This document shows, piece by piece, positions 1 to 7,980 of a stretch of 64,000 bases of DNA (within the stretch, counting starts at the first letter, position 1; the number at the start of each line of letters is the position of its first letter). The stretch comes from a virus. Under the pieces are notes generated by a model, which saw nothing but the letters and a program-made list of their open reading frames with translations, was not told the origin of the DNA and did not search any database. Both the position numbers and the translations under genes were made by a program. The stretch lies in IMG/VR virus record IMGVR_UViG_3300021478_000023, positions 8,410-72,409 of that record; one strand, 5' to 3'.

Positions 1-140
1 CGGCGGTTCTGGTTTAGGTTTCGGCCCCGGCATAATTTCCGTTACCGAATAAACTTTTCTGTTGTCGTTTGAGGTACGCCAGATTGCGATGCCGCCGTTT
101 GGCAACGTCTCTATCTGATAGTGCAACGGTGTCTGGTCCA

Positions 141-314
141 TCACGTTCGCTCGCAGTTATGTTTTGCTTGATCGCATGCCGGGAAGCGGTCGCCCTTGAC
201 CGGGCCAAGCGGTTCACGCATCCGATAGGCGCCAGTGCAGGACATCATCAACAACATGATCGCCATACCGAGCACGGCGACGATGATTGAAACTCTGATC
301 GCAATAATGTTCAT
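141..314 (-). CDS. Small putative lipoprotein (57 aa)
   Basis: Hand-translated MNIIAIRVSIIVAVLGMAIMLLMMSC...; hydrophobic stretch ending in lipobox-like Cys; ATG overlaps the upstream stop. Confidence 0.5.
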   Translation of the reverse strand: MNIIAIRVSIIVAVLGMAIMLLMMSCTGAYRMREPLGPVKGDRFPACDQAKHNCERT

Positions 315-823
315 TCTGCGCGCTCGCGCTCCATACCAAGATGAAGGCCAAGAGACTGCAACGCCAGTTTGATCTCGCCCAATGACTTGCGCCCGAAATT
401 CGTTTCCCTCAACAACTCGGCTTCACTGAATCTAACCAAGTGCGCCACGGTTTTGATTGGCGCCGAGATATATTCACCGTCCACATACGCCTGATAATTT
501 TGCAGCATATTGTAGGCGCGCGTACTCAATCCAAGATCAGAAACGGATTTTGACAAAGCGTCGTTGACCGGGGCTTGCCACAAAACATCAGCGGTAACGC
601 AAGCCCAACCCATCCTTGGTTTTTCCGTGTTGCTCTTTATGGCCCGCAATAGCTTTGGGAGGGCTAACAAATCGGAGCACGCCATTCTCCTGTTCAATTC
701 CTGTAGCTCATCGCGAATGTCCATCAACACCGCAAGCTGCGCGCCGGGGAACGATGCGCTGCCACCTTGATTTTCTGGACCCCGAACCGTCCAATCGAAA
801 TTCTTGCAGCGCCGGTCGCTCAT
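311..823 (-). CDS. Phage protein with C-terminal RNA polymerase alpha-CTD domain
   Basis: LSKSVSDLGLSTRAYNML...SEAELLRETNFGRKSLGEIKLALQSLGLHLGM matches the alphaproteobacterial RpoA C-terminal pattern. Confidence 0.85.
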   Translation of the reverse strand: MSDRRCKNFDWTVRGPENQGGSASFPGAQLAVLMDIRDELQELNRRMACSDLLALPKLLRAIKSNTEKPRMGWACVTADVLWQAPVNDALSKSVSDLGLSTRAYNMLQNYQAYVDGEYISAPIKTVAHLVRFSEAELLRETNFGRKSLGEIKLALQSLGLHLGMERERAE

Positions 824-1173
824 ATTTTTGGCCCGATGTTAGCGATGCGATCAATCACCAAGCCGGTGATAGCTGACGGCGAGCCGTCAGGGTTGCGCGT
901 GAGCGCTCCCTTAATCACGTCAATCGGCACGCCATACTGGAAGCACAGGCTCAACAGAATCGCGCCGTCGCGCGCCTGCGCGTCGAGATCCGAGCCGGGT
1001 GTTTTGGCCGCATTGATGAAAACCTCCCCCGCCGTCACGTTGTCAGTGTAGAAGCCAACCGATATGTGCCAGGGCTGATTCCAAAATGTCGTTGTAAAGT
1101 TTACCGAGTGCCGCCGCATCGGAAGCGTGCGCCGCTCCGCAACGTGCGTTGGCTGCGGTTCGTGCTCACTCAT
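820..1173 (-). CDS. Stand-alone TSCPD / NrdJ C-terminal-like protein
   Basis: RRTLPMRR...GEVFINAAKTPGSDLDAQARDGAILLSLCFQYGVP resembles the class II RNR C-terminal domain. Confidence 0.65.
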   Translation of the reverse strand: MSEHEPQPTHVAERRTLPMRRHSVNFTTTFWNQPWHISVGFYTDNVTAGEVFINAAKTPGSDLDAQARDGAILLSLCFQYGVPIDVIKGALTRNPDGSPSAITGLVIDRIANIGPKI

Positions 1174-1373
1174 ATTGGTTGCTCCGACTGTTTGATCGCC
1201 CTCCGTACTAGATCAATCCGAAACTCAACCTCATCCGCCATTTCCTCTAGGAACAGCAACGCTTCCTCACGCGTCATGGTCCGATGGTCAATGGCATCGT
1301 CAACCCGCATCATAATATCCGCTACGCTTGTCTTGATGATGCTGTTGATGATCGACATTCCAAGCACTTTCAA
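1170..1373 (-). CDS. Hypothetical protein
   Basis: ORF coupled to the downstream gene; true start may be the internal ATG. Confidence 0.45.
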   Translation of the reverse strand: MKVLGMSIINSIIKTSVADIMMRVDDAIDHRTMTREEALLFLEEMADEVEFRIDLVRRAIKQSEQPI

Positions 1374-1455
1374 AAAGCGGCCCGGCCTTGCACTTGTGAG
1401 GGTACGAAAGCCGAGCCGCCCCGTTGGGGAGGGGGGTCTACCTCTCCCCGCTGGC
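1372..1455 (-). terminator. Double hairpin ending in a U-tract (rho-independent terminator or small RNA)
   Basis: Minus strand GGGGAGAGG..CCCCCTCCCC hairpin, then GCGGCTCGGC..GCCGGGCCGC followed by TTTTT. Confidence 0.55.
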
Positions 1456-1785
1456 TCAGAACATTTCGTGTAGCTCTGCGAGCGTCTTGTGGCATGCCGC
1501 TAGTTGGCGCTCGGTCGCGTCAAAGGTGCTCGGCATTCCCTGCGGTTCCTTCGCGGTGTCCAGCTTAACGACTGTCGGGCGAGCCGCTGGTAACACCCCG
1601 CGAATCTTGTCGCGCAGCGCTTCGATCTTCTGTGATAGATCAGCGGTGCTCGCCATGATCGCGGCGGCGCGCGGCAATAGCCGATTGTTTGTTGTGACCA
1701 GCGAGCGCGGTTCCGGCTTGCTATCCTCGCCTGACATCACCCGCTCCATGTTTTCCATTAGTCGCTCGCCATCGACGTTGCTCAT
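1456..1785 (-). CDS. Hypothetical protein
   Basis: ORF with AAGGA RBS upstream. Confidence 0.65.
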   Translation of the reverse strand: MSNVDGERLMENMERVMSGEDSKPEPRSLVTTNNRLLPRAAAIMASTADLSQKIEALRDKIRGVLPAARPTVVKLDTAKEPQGMPSTFDATERQLAACHKTLAELHEMF

Positions 1786-1812
1786 GATTTTCCTTTCGTG
1801 TTTGGCTGTATG

Positions 1813-2298
1813 TTAGTGTCCGTCATCGTCGTTCTCCGTTGTTAACATTTCCATTGGACGCAATTCCGCTGGCGGCACCCAAAATGCCGGACGGCCATTG
1901 TTGAAGCGATCACTCCAAAACTTTTCTAGCTTGCCCTCTCTGCCGTAACACCATCCAACAACATCGAGCGTAGGGGGATGCCCGATTACGAGAATGAAAA
2001 TATCGTCATCGTTGTCGGGAGGGTGCACGCGCAATTGCCCGTTGGAGTAGACCGTTGCCCGCACCTGAAACCGGCCAACGTCTTTCGAGATCAGACTCCC
2101 AACTGTGCCATCCCAATGCAGATTGAAAAACTTGGACACAGCCTGTTCGCCCATGCAGCCGTCGATATGCTTTGACCAAGCATTAGCCTCATCGGCACCA
2201 TAGGCTCCGTTCAACCGGGCGCGGATGGCGAAGCACTGGCGCATCACCCCGATCATCGCGGCTTGGAAGATCTCGGACTCCGACAACGTGACTCTCAT
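1813..2298 (-). CDS. Conserved phage hypothetical protein
   Basis: ATG overlaps the upstream stop; motif GCMGEQAVSKFFNLHW...DVG..QVR (possible PD-(D/E)XK-like fold). Confidence 0.7.
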   Translation of the reverse strand: MRVTLSESEIFQAAMIGVMRQCFAIRARLNGAYGADEANAWSKHIDGCMGEQAVSKFFNLHWDGTVGSLISKDVGRFQVRATVYSNGQLRVHPPDNDDDIFILVIGHPPTLDVVGWCYGREGKLEKFWSDRFNNGRPAFWVPPAELRPMEMLTTENDDDGH

Positions 2299-3398
2299 TA
2301 CTTTCCCCCCTGATCCCAACCCTGTTGCCATGCAGCCACCAACGCGGGCTTGTCCCGATACTCACCAGGGACAGCCCGGCGTTGCTGGCCTGCGGCGCGA
2401 TCATCACGACCGCGCTGCGTGGCGGCACGAATCGGGTCCACAAACAATTCGCCCCCGCCACTTTCTTGTGGAGTAGCGGCGGCGGTTTCAGTTTTTGTTG
2501 TTGATTCCGCCGCCGCCGTTCCGCTCTCCTGGGTCGTTCCTGATTCGGTCGTTGTTCCTGATTCGTTGCTCGGCACAGATTGAGCATCTTGTCCAGCCGT
2601 GATTTCCTGATCAGGAGGGAATGTTTCATCGACCGTTGTCATGCCGTCATGGATCGCCCGCATCATCGCAACGATTCGTGCGATGTCAGGTGCAAGCCAA
2701 TCCTTTGCCGCGCGACCTACAACACGCTCGACACGCTTTAGCTCGACCGGGATATTGGCGATGCCCTGCACCGTGCGCTCACGCCAACCAGCAATGTCCT
2801 TGCCGATCTTATCGACCAACAAGTTGCGCGCCTCATCGAACGCAAAATCGCAATAGACGCCGAGCGCGTTAACGATGGCATTCCTGATCGCCTTGCTCTG
2901 ACCAATCTGGTAGGCGATATCCATCTGCCGGTCGCGATCCTTGGTTTTGAGCGACGTTTGCGACTTGCGCTGATGATAGGCGCGCTCCATCGAGAAGCCG
3001 GTTTCGATATCCGTGAACCGCGCGTAGAACACCCACGCATCACCAACATCAACCTCACGAACCTCATTCGAGTTGTTGCCGTAAATCCGAGCGACGTTGT
3101 TTGCCAGCTTGATCGACGGACCCTCAATCCAATCCTGACCGCCGCTCTGAGTCCGCACCGGGAAGCGATAGAACCAATCCGGCCCGGCCATCGCGGCGAT
3201 CTCTTTAATCTCCTGGCGAACGCGCGGGAGATCCCGCCGCACGGCGACCGGCTGCGCGCCTACGATGCGCTCGGCGATTCCTTGCGTGGGCCGCACAAGC
3301 GAATGCCCGTGCGGGGCTTGTGGCTGGTTTTGCTGCGCGTCCGCGTTGGACATTTCGTCTAGCGAGCGACGCTGGTCATTCCGTTCGATCTCGTTCAT
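2298..3398 (-). CDS. Putative ssDNA-annealing/recombination protein with Rmf-like C-terminal tail
   Basis: IEGPSIKLANNVARIYGN motif; lies in the same operon as the YqaJ exonuclease. Confidence 0.55.
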   Translation of the reverse strand: MNEIERNDQRRSLDEMSNADAQQNQPQAPHGHSLVRPTQGIAERIVGAQPVAVRRDLPRVRQEIKEIAAMAGPDWFYRFPVRTQSGGQDWIEGPSIKLANNVARIYGNNSNEVREVDVGDAWVFYARFTDIETGFSMERAYHQRKSQTSLKTKDRDRQMDIAYQIGQSKAIRNAIVNALGVYCDFAFDEARNLLVDKIGKDIAGWRERTVQGIANIPVELKRVERVVGRAAKDWLAPDIARIVAMMRAIHDGMTTVDETFPPDQEITAGQDAQSVPSNESGTTTESGTTQESGTAAAESTTKTETAAATPQESGGGELFVDPIRAATQRGRDDRAAGQQRRAVPGEYRDKPALVAAWQQGWDQGGK

Positions 3399-3649
3399 TG
3401 CTTGGTCCTTTTGCTTGATTGGTTTTTCGGCAAGTCAGGAAATGTCCTGATCTTGTTGTTGAACACGTCCATAATGCCGAGCACCATTTCATCTGATAGA
3501 ACCGCGTAAGCAAACGGATGGTGGTCGTCATCAAACAAGATGATATGCACGTTGTCGCAATGCTCGCACTTGTACGCCGAGAACCGCGATGAGATTGGAA
3601 TGTCAGTGTCCGGGTCGCGCTCGGGATTGGCGTCCTTGACGTGCGTCAT
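3395..3649 (-). CDS. Hypothetical protein (CxxC..H)
   Basis: AGGAG RBS; coupled ORF. Confidence 0.55.
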   Translation of the reverse strand: MTHVKDANPERDPDTDIPISSRFSAYKCEHCDNVHIILFDDDHHPFAYAVLSDEMVLGIMDVFNNKIRTFPDLPKNQSSKRTKQ

Positions 3650-3651
3650 GA

Positions 3652-3900
3652 TCACTCCTGGCCGACAACGGTTGCGGGCGGCTTGCACTCCATGCCGTCA
3701 ACGAAGCCGCACGTCTCGCAGATAATCATAAGAAACTCGCGCGGGGCCGGTGGATATAGTTGATAACTTTTTGTTCCGATCCATACGCATTGCACTGGCG
3801 GCGACACATGGCGGATGGTTAGATTGCTCCCGCACTTGCTGCACTCTCGCGCGCCAGCGTCAAACGGTTTCAATTCGAATGCGGGCCGAGTCCGCTTCAT
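3652..3900 (-). CDS. Zinc-ribbon hypothetical protein
   Basis: CSKC...CETC pairs. Confidence 0.6.
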   Translation of the reverse strand: MKRTRPAFELKPFDAGARECSKCGSNLTIRHVSPPVQCVWIGTKSYQLYPPAPREFLMIICETCGFVDGMECKPPATVVGQE

Positions 3901-4856
3901 GACTGCCCCGAGATCTTGGGTGCGAGCACGCGGAACACGCGCGGGTGTGAAGCCTCAACGGTGTAGGCTTTGCGATGCTGGACGCGCCACGACAAGCGGC
4001 GGCCATCGGCAAGCGTAGCAAACGAATTGTCCGCCATCTTGCCTTGTAGCTCGACCTTGATTGCTTCAATCTCTGTGTCGAGCCGCTTCCGGCCCGCTTG
4101 CTTGAACACCAAATCTTCCGCCAGTGCGAGCGCGCGGTTGTCACGCGTGAGATCTATCGTCGTGCCTAGATCTTTCGGGTACAGCAACTTTACCAGACGT
4201 TCGTCACGCTGCGGATCGAACGGCGGCATAATGTCTTGGTCAAGATAATCGTGCCAGAATTTCAGCACGTTGTATTTGATGCGATCCTCGATTTCCTGAT
4301 CACGCTCAACCTCAAACAATCGAAACTGCCAATCGAATTCCGAATTGATCAAAACCGGGAGCACCCCCCACGGCGCATCCGCCAACATCATTTCGGTTAA
4401 GGTCTGGAGTCGATACGACTCTGGAATTTCCGCGTCGCCGTACTTTAGATCATCGTCAGGATCGTGCATCCACGTATGGCGGAAAATATAACGCGAGACG
4501 GTTTTGGCCTGGACGACGCCGACGCCTTCACGATCAGGCGCGATTGCAAATCCGTCCGGCGTTGCGCCGAGTCGCAATTCGGGATCTCGCAAATAGATTT
4601 TCGCGCGGCGAATTTCCCAACCCGGATTCTCATCTAACAGTGCTTCAAATACTGACGCTTCGCCCCAACGTCCGCGCCGCAGCACACCGCTATCAACAAG
4701 TGGCGGGCGCAGACCTTTTTTGTCCGCGTACAATTCCGCCATCGATGCGTAGGCACCTTCGCCGCAGACAATCGCTACGTCGCTCGCGGTGATGTCCTGG
4801 CTGCGCAGCGCAAGCCAAGTCGCGCGATCCGTGATTGCGATGCGTTCGACGGTCAC
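3897..4856 (-). CDS. YqaJ-like viral recombinase / lambda-exonuclease family
   Basis: WLALRSQDITASDVA, LGATPDG, QAKT motifs; GTG start at 4856. Confidence 0.9.
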   Translation of the reverse strand: MTVERIAITDRATWLALRSQDITASDVAIVCGEGAYASMAELYADKKGLRPPLVDSGVLRRGRWGEASVFEALLDENPGWEIRRAKIYLRDPELRLGATPDGFAIAPDREGVGVVQAKTVSRYIFRHTWMHDPDDDLKYGDAEIPESYRLQTLTEMMLADAPWGVLPVLINSEFDWQFRLFEVERDQEIEDRIKYNVLKFWHDYLDQDIMPPFDPQRDERLVKLLYPKDLGTTIDLTRDNRALALAEDLVFKQAGRKRLDTEIEAIKVELQGKMADNSFATLADGRRLSWRVQHRKAYTVEASHPRVFRVLAPKISGQS

Positions 4857-4860
4857 AAGA

Positions 4861-5039
4861 TTTCCCCGATTCGTATCCGCAAGGCTCGGCCCGTTCGCGC
4901 CGCAAGTCAAGGTAGGCTGGAAAGGTTTGCCGAATCGCCTTACGGTGCGGGCGCTGTGGATTGTGGATATCGGGGAAAACGCGGGCAATTGACCGTCGAG
5001 CACGTTAGCGCATAGCTTCCGTTTCCAGCGGAGCGATAA
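4861..5039. promoter_or_regulatory. Divergent early promoter/operator region
   Basis: TTGACC -35 (about 4989, +) and TTGACT -35 (about 4905-4910, -); 10-bp inverted pair TTTCCCCGAT (4861) / ATCGGGGAAA (4969). Confidence 0.55.
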
Positions 5040-5426
5040 ATGCCAAAACCAAAACCTGACGACCGGGCGCGAGCCGTGATGGAAAAACTGCGCTCCGAGC
5101 TAGGCTTGCTATCGCGGATCGCCCACGAAATCGGCGTCTATGCGCAAGCGGTGCATCAATGGCAAGCGGTTCCGCTAGAGCGCGTTGTTGATGTTGAGCG
5201 CGTCACCGGAATCCCGCGCGAGAAATTGCGGCCCGACTTTCATCTGCCGCGCGCCGAGATCGCGCCGGAAGGGTTCGCCTGGAAATTGATTTCACTATCG
5301 GGACGATCAAGGAAAGCAAATGGCAAAGCGAAAAGGAAGCAACAGCGAAAAGGAAAACGACGCGCTGGAATTCACCCCAAGCGTCGTGCAGTCCGTCATC
5401 AAGAGAATCGAAGCGCTCAACGATGA
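5040..5426 (+). CDS. Cro/YdaS-like HTH regulator
   Basis: IAHEIGVYAQAVHQWQAVPLERVVDVERVTGIPREKLRPD is a typical Cro/YdaS pattern. Confidence 0.85.
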   Translation: MPKPKPDDRARAVMEKLRSELGLLSRIAHEIGVYAQAVHQWQAVPLERVVDVERVTGIPREKLRPDFHLPRAEIAPEGFAWKLISLSGRSRKANGKAKRKQQRKGKRRAGIHPKRRAVRHQENRSAQR

Positions 5427-5727
5427 AAAGGATTCCGCGCGCGGGCGCTACATGAATCAGTGCGCCAAACTCAACGAACGCATCAACGCGGTGATTGATG
5501 AGGGCTCGCGCAAGGGGATTCCGGCCAAGGGCGTGCGCGCCGCCGTCAAGCTGCGCGCCAAAAACGCCAAGCTACTCGGCGAACTGCACAAGCACGAAGC
5601 CGAGGAAAGAGAGGTCATTCAGACCATCCTACAGGTCAACGATGACCCGAACGATTTGCCGTTGTGGAAGGCGGCAACCAGCCGCAGCACCGGCAAGAGT
5701 GAGAGCGCCAGTGCTCCGCTCAACTAA
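5320..5727 (+). CDS. GapR-like (DUF2312) nucleoid-associated protein
   Basis: VIKRIEALNDEK...INAVIDEGSRKGIPAKGVRAAVKLR parallels the GapR consensus. Confidence 0.65.
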   Translation: MAKRKGSNSEKENDALEFTPSVVQSVIKRIEALNDEKDSARGRYMNQCAKLNERINAVIDEGSRKGIPAKGVRAAVKLRAKNAKLLGELHKHEAEEREVIQTILQVNDDPNDLPLWKAATSRSTGKSESASAPLN

Positions 5728-5738
5728 GGTCCGCAACC

Positions 5739-6344
5739 ATGAAGGCGCGGCGCGCGCATATCTTCGCCAAGGAACGGCACGGGCATTACGTCGAGCCCGC
5801 GTGGGTGTCCGCGCGTCTTTTCGAGGCTGATGACTTTGGTCCGCCGAGCACCCTGATCTATGACCCCTCCTGCGGTTGGGGCACCATCCTGAGATCCGCA
5901 ATCGATGCAGGCTACCGCGCCGCTGGCGGTGACGTGGTTGACCGGCTGCACCGTCGAGAATTCGGGTTATCCACAACCCGCTTCTACAAGTCCGATTTTC
6001 TCAACGGCGGCATGCCGACGAAATCGCCGGTTATGTCCATCGTTTGCAATCCGCCGTTCGATCACGTCGAAGCGTTTTGCGACCGCGCGCTTGAAATCGC
6101 CGAATACAAGGTGGCGATGATCATGCTGTTGCGGCGCATCGCGGCGGCGCGTTGGCTCGACCGCATGCCGCTCGAAACAATCTACATGCTCAACCCCCGG
6201 CCATCGATGCCGCCCGGCACTTGGATCGCCAAGGGCAACAAGCCGGGCGGCGGCACACAGGATTTTTGTTGGTTGGTGTTTTCTAAACTGCGCTCGACGC
6301 GCCAGCGGCCCGTGGTCAGATGGTTGACGCGCGATGCAGCATGA
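5739..6344 (+). CDS. Orphan amino-DNA methyltransferase (probably N6-adenine)
   Basis: SAM-binding YDPSCGWG and catalytic NPPF motifs. Confidence 0.85.
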   Translation: MKARRAHIFAKERHGHYVEPAWVSARLFEADDFGPPSTLIYDPSCGWGTILRSAIDAGYRAAGGDVVDRLHRREFGLSTTRFYKSDFLNGGMPTKSPVMSIVCNPPFDHVEAFCDRALEIAEYKVAMIMLLRRIAAARWLDRMPLETIYMLNPRPSMPPGTWIAKGNKPGGGTQDFCWLVFSKLRSTRQRPVVRWLTRDAA

Positions 6345-6679
6345 ACGAAATCAATGGGTTGTTCGTGATTTACAGACCGGCGTTCTGCCAGCGGTGCGAA
6401 CGGAAATGGGGGCGGCAAGTCCGCATCCCTTCCGGCCACACGCTTTGCGCCATGTGCCGCTCGACCGCGCGCCAGGAGGGACAAGAGCGGCGGCGCAAGC
6501 GCGCGGAGGATCACGCGCGCGCGGTCAGCATGGCCAAACTGGCGGCGCAGCGGATCGAGCGGCCCGAAATGCCGGTGGAGACGTTCGACGCGACGCTGGC
6601 GCGCATCCGGGAAAACATGGCCAGGATCAACGCGGAGATCAAACGAAAGGCGCGTGCCGGGTCTGCGGATGGGACGTGA
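6341..6679 (+). CDS. Zn-finger hypothetical protein
   Basis: CQRC...CAMC; ATGA coupling to the MTase. Confidence 0.6.
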   Translation: MNEINGLFVIYRPAFCQRCERKWGRQVRIPSGHTLCAMCRSTARQEGQERRRKRAEDHARAVSMAKLAAQRIERPEMPVETFDATLARIRENMARINAEIKRKARAGSADGT

Positions 6680-6821
6680 GAGCGGGCGCAAAATACTGCC
6701 GCCAGTGCGACGCCGAGCGCGCGCAGGCGATGCGCAAGGCCAAGCTGGCGTTCCCAAGCAAGCGCCGCGTGAAGCCGCCGCCGCTGGCGACCGATGATAT
6801 CCCATTCTAGGAGGGCGACCG

Positions 6822-7229
6822 ATGCACTTGCCAAAGGGCGGACGGCCGACGCAAGTTTTACCCAAATCGACCCAAGCCGCCGACGATAAGCCGCGCCGCA
6901 TTCAGCTTTCCCGCAAGCCGGGCTTCCGGCTCCCGCCCAACACGGTCAAGGTTGACCGCTCGACAAAATGGGGCAACCCTTTCGTCGTTGGCCAGCACGG
7001 CACGCGTGTCGAGTGTGTCGAAATGTTCGAAAAGCTGATGGCTGGCATGGTTATGGTCAGTCACGGCCCCGATCCCAAGGTGCAGCGCGACTATTACGAA
7101 ATGGTCCGCCGCGACCGTCATCAACTACACGGCAAAAATCTCGCGTGCTGGTGTCCACTTACTGAGAAAGGTCAACCAGTGCCGTGCCATGCCGACGTGT
7201 TGCTGCGCATCAAGCAAGCGAAACTGTGA
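6822..7229 (+). CDS. DUF4326 family protein
   Basis: VDRSTKWGNPF, GKNLACWC, CHADVLL motifs. Confidence 0.9.
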   Translation: MHLPKGGRPTQVLPKSTQAADDKPRRIQLSRKPGFRLPPNTVKVDRSTKWGNPFVVGQHGTRVECVEMFEKLMAGMVMVSHGPDPKVQRDYYEMVRRDRHQLHGKNLACWCPLTEKGQPVPCHADVLLRIKQAKL

Positions 7230-7537
7230 TGGTCGAAACTCGCGTACCAAAGTGCAAGTGTCCGTCGTGCGGCACCGAGCTAGATGCCGCGACTGACGTG
7301 TTGAACCGAGCGGCGACACCGAACCCTGGCGACATAACGATTTGCTTGCGCTGCGGATTGCTGATGCGGTTCAAGGACGACATGACGCTGCGCCAGCTAA
7401 CCGGGAAGGAAATGATCGAAGCAATGAAAGATCCGCGCGTGGCCACGATTGAGAGAGCGCGCGGTACGGTCATGGCAGGCTTCACGGCAGATGAAGCCAT
7501 GACGAAGATCATGGCCGACTACAAAGCGAACCGATGA
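7229..7537 (+). CDS. Zn-ribbon hypothetical protein
   Basis: CPSC...CLRC; coupled start. Confidence 0.7.
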   Translation: MVETRVPKCKCPSCGTELDAATDVLNRAATPNPGDITICLRCGLLMRFKDDMTLRQLTGKEMIEAMKDPRVATIERARGTVMAGFTADEAMTKIMADYKANR

Positions 7538-7947
7538 CCGTACCCGTGCAGCTAGAGTTGTTGAAGCGGCGCAAGGGTAGCAAGCCGTTTAATTCGCTAC
7601 CGCCGCCGAGCGAACTACAAATACAGCAATCGCTGATCGCGCGGCTACGGTTCCAATGCAAGCCGGGAATCATTTTCTGGCACACACCGAACGGAGAGGA
7701 AAGAGACAAGCGAGTGGCGGCAAAACTGAAATCGATGGGCGTGCTTCCTGGCGTGGCGGACTTGCAGTTTATTTTTCCTTGTGCCGCGCCGAATCTGTTT
7801 CTTGAATTGAAAGCACGCGGGCGCGGGCTCACCGATGATCAGCAACACTTTAGGGATCTTGTTCGCGGGGCTGGCCACAAATATGAGTGGACAGATTCGA
7901 TTGACGACGCGATCAGAATTCTACGGTCCTATAATGTGCTGCCCTAG
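7534..7947 (+). CDS. VRR-NUC domain nuclease (putative Holliday junction resolvase)
   Basis: HTPNG, GVLPGVADL, FLELK, GLTDDQ motifs. Confidence 0.88.
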   Translation: MTVPVQLELLKRRKGSKPFNSLPPPSELQIQQSLIARLRFQCKPGIIFWHTPNGEERDKRVAAKLKSMGVLPGVADLQFIFPCAAPNLFLELKARGRGLTDDQQHFRDLVRGAGHKYEWTDSIDDAIRILRSYNVLP

Positions 7948-7980
7948 CAAGCAACAACAAGACTATCGAAAGTCGAGGCA

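Noticed and set aside
4857-5003. N-terminal extension of the YqaJ ORF in the ORF track
   Set aside because: It overlaps the divergent promoter region; family similarity starts at GTG 4856
5739-7947. Restriction-modification pair (MTase plus nuclease)
   Set aside because: VRR-NUC is a common stand-alone phage resolvase and is not adjacent; the MTase looks orphan
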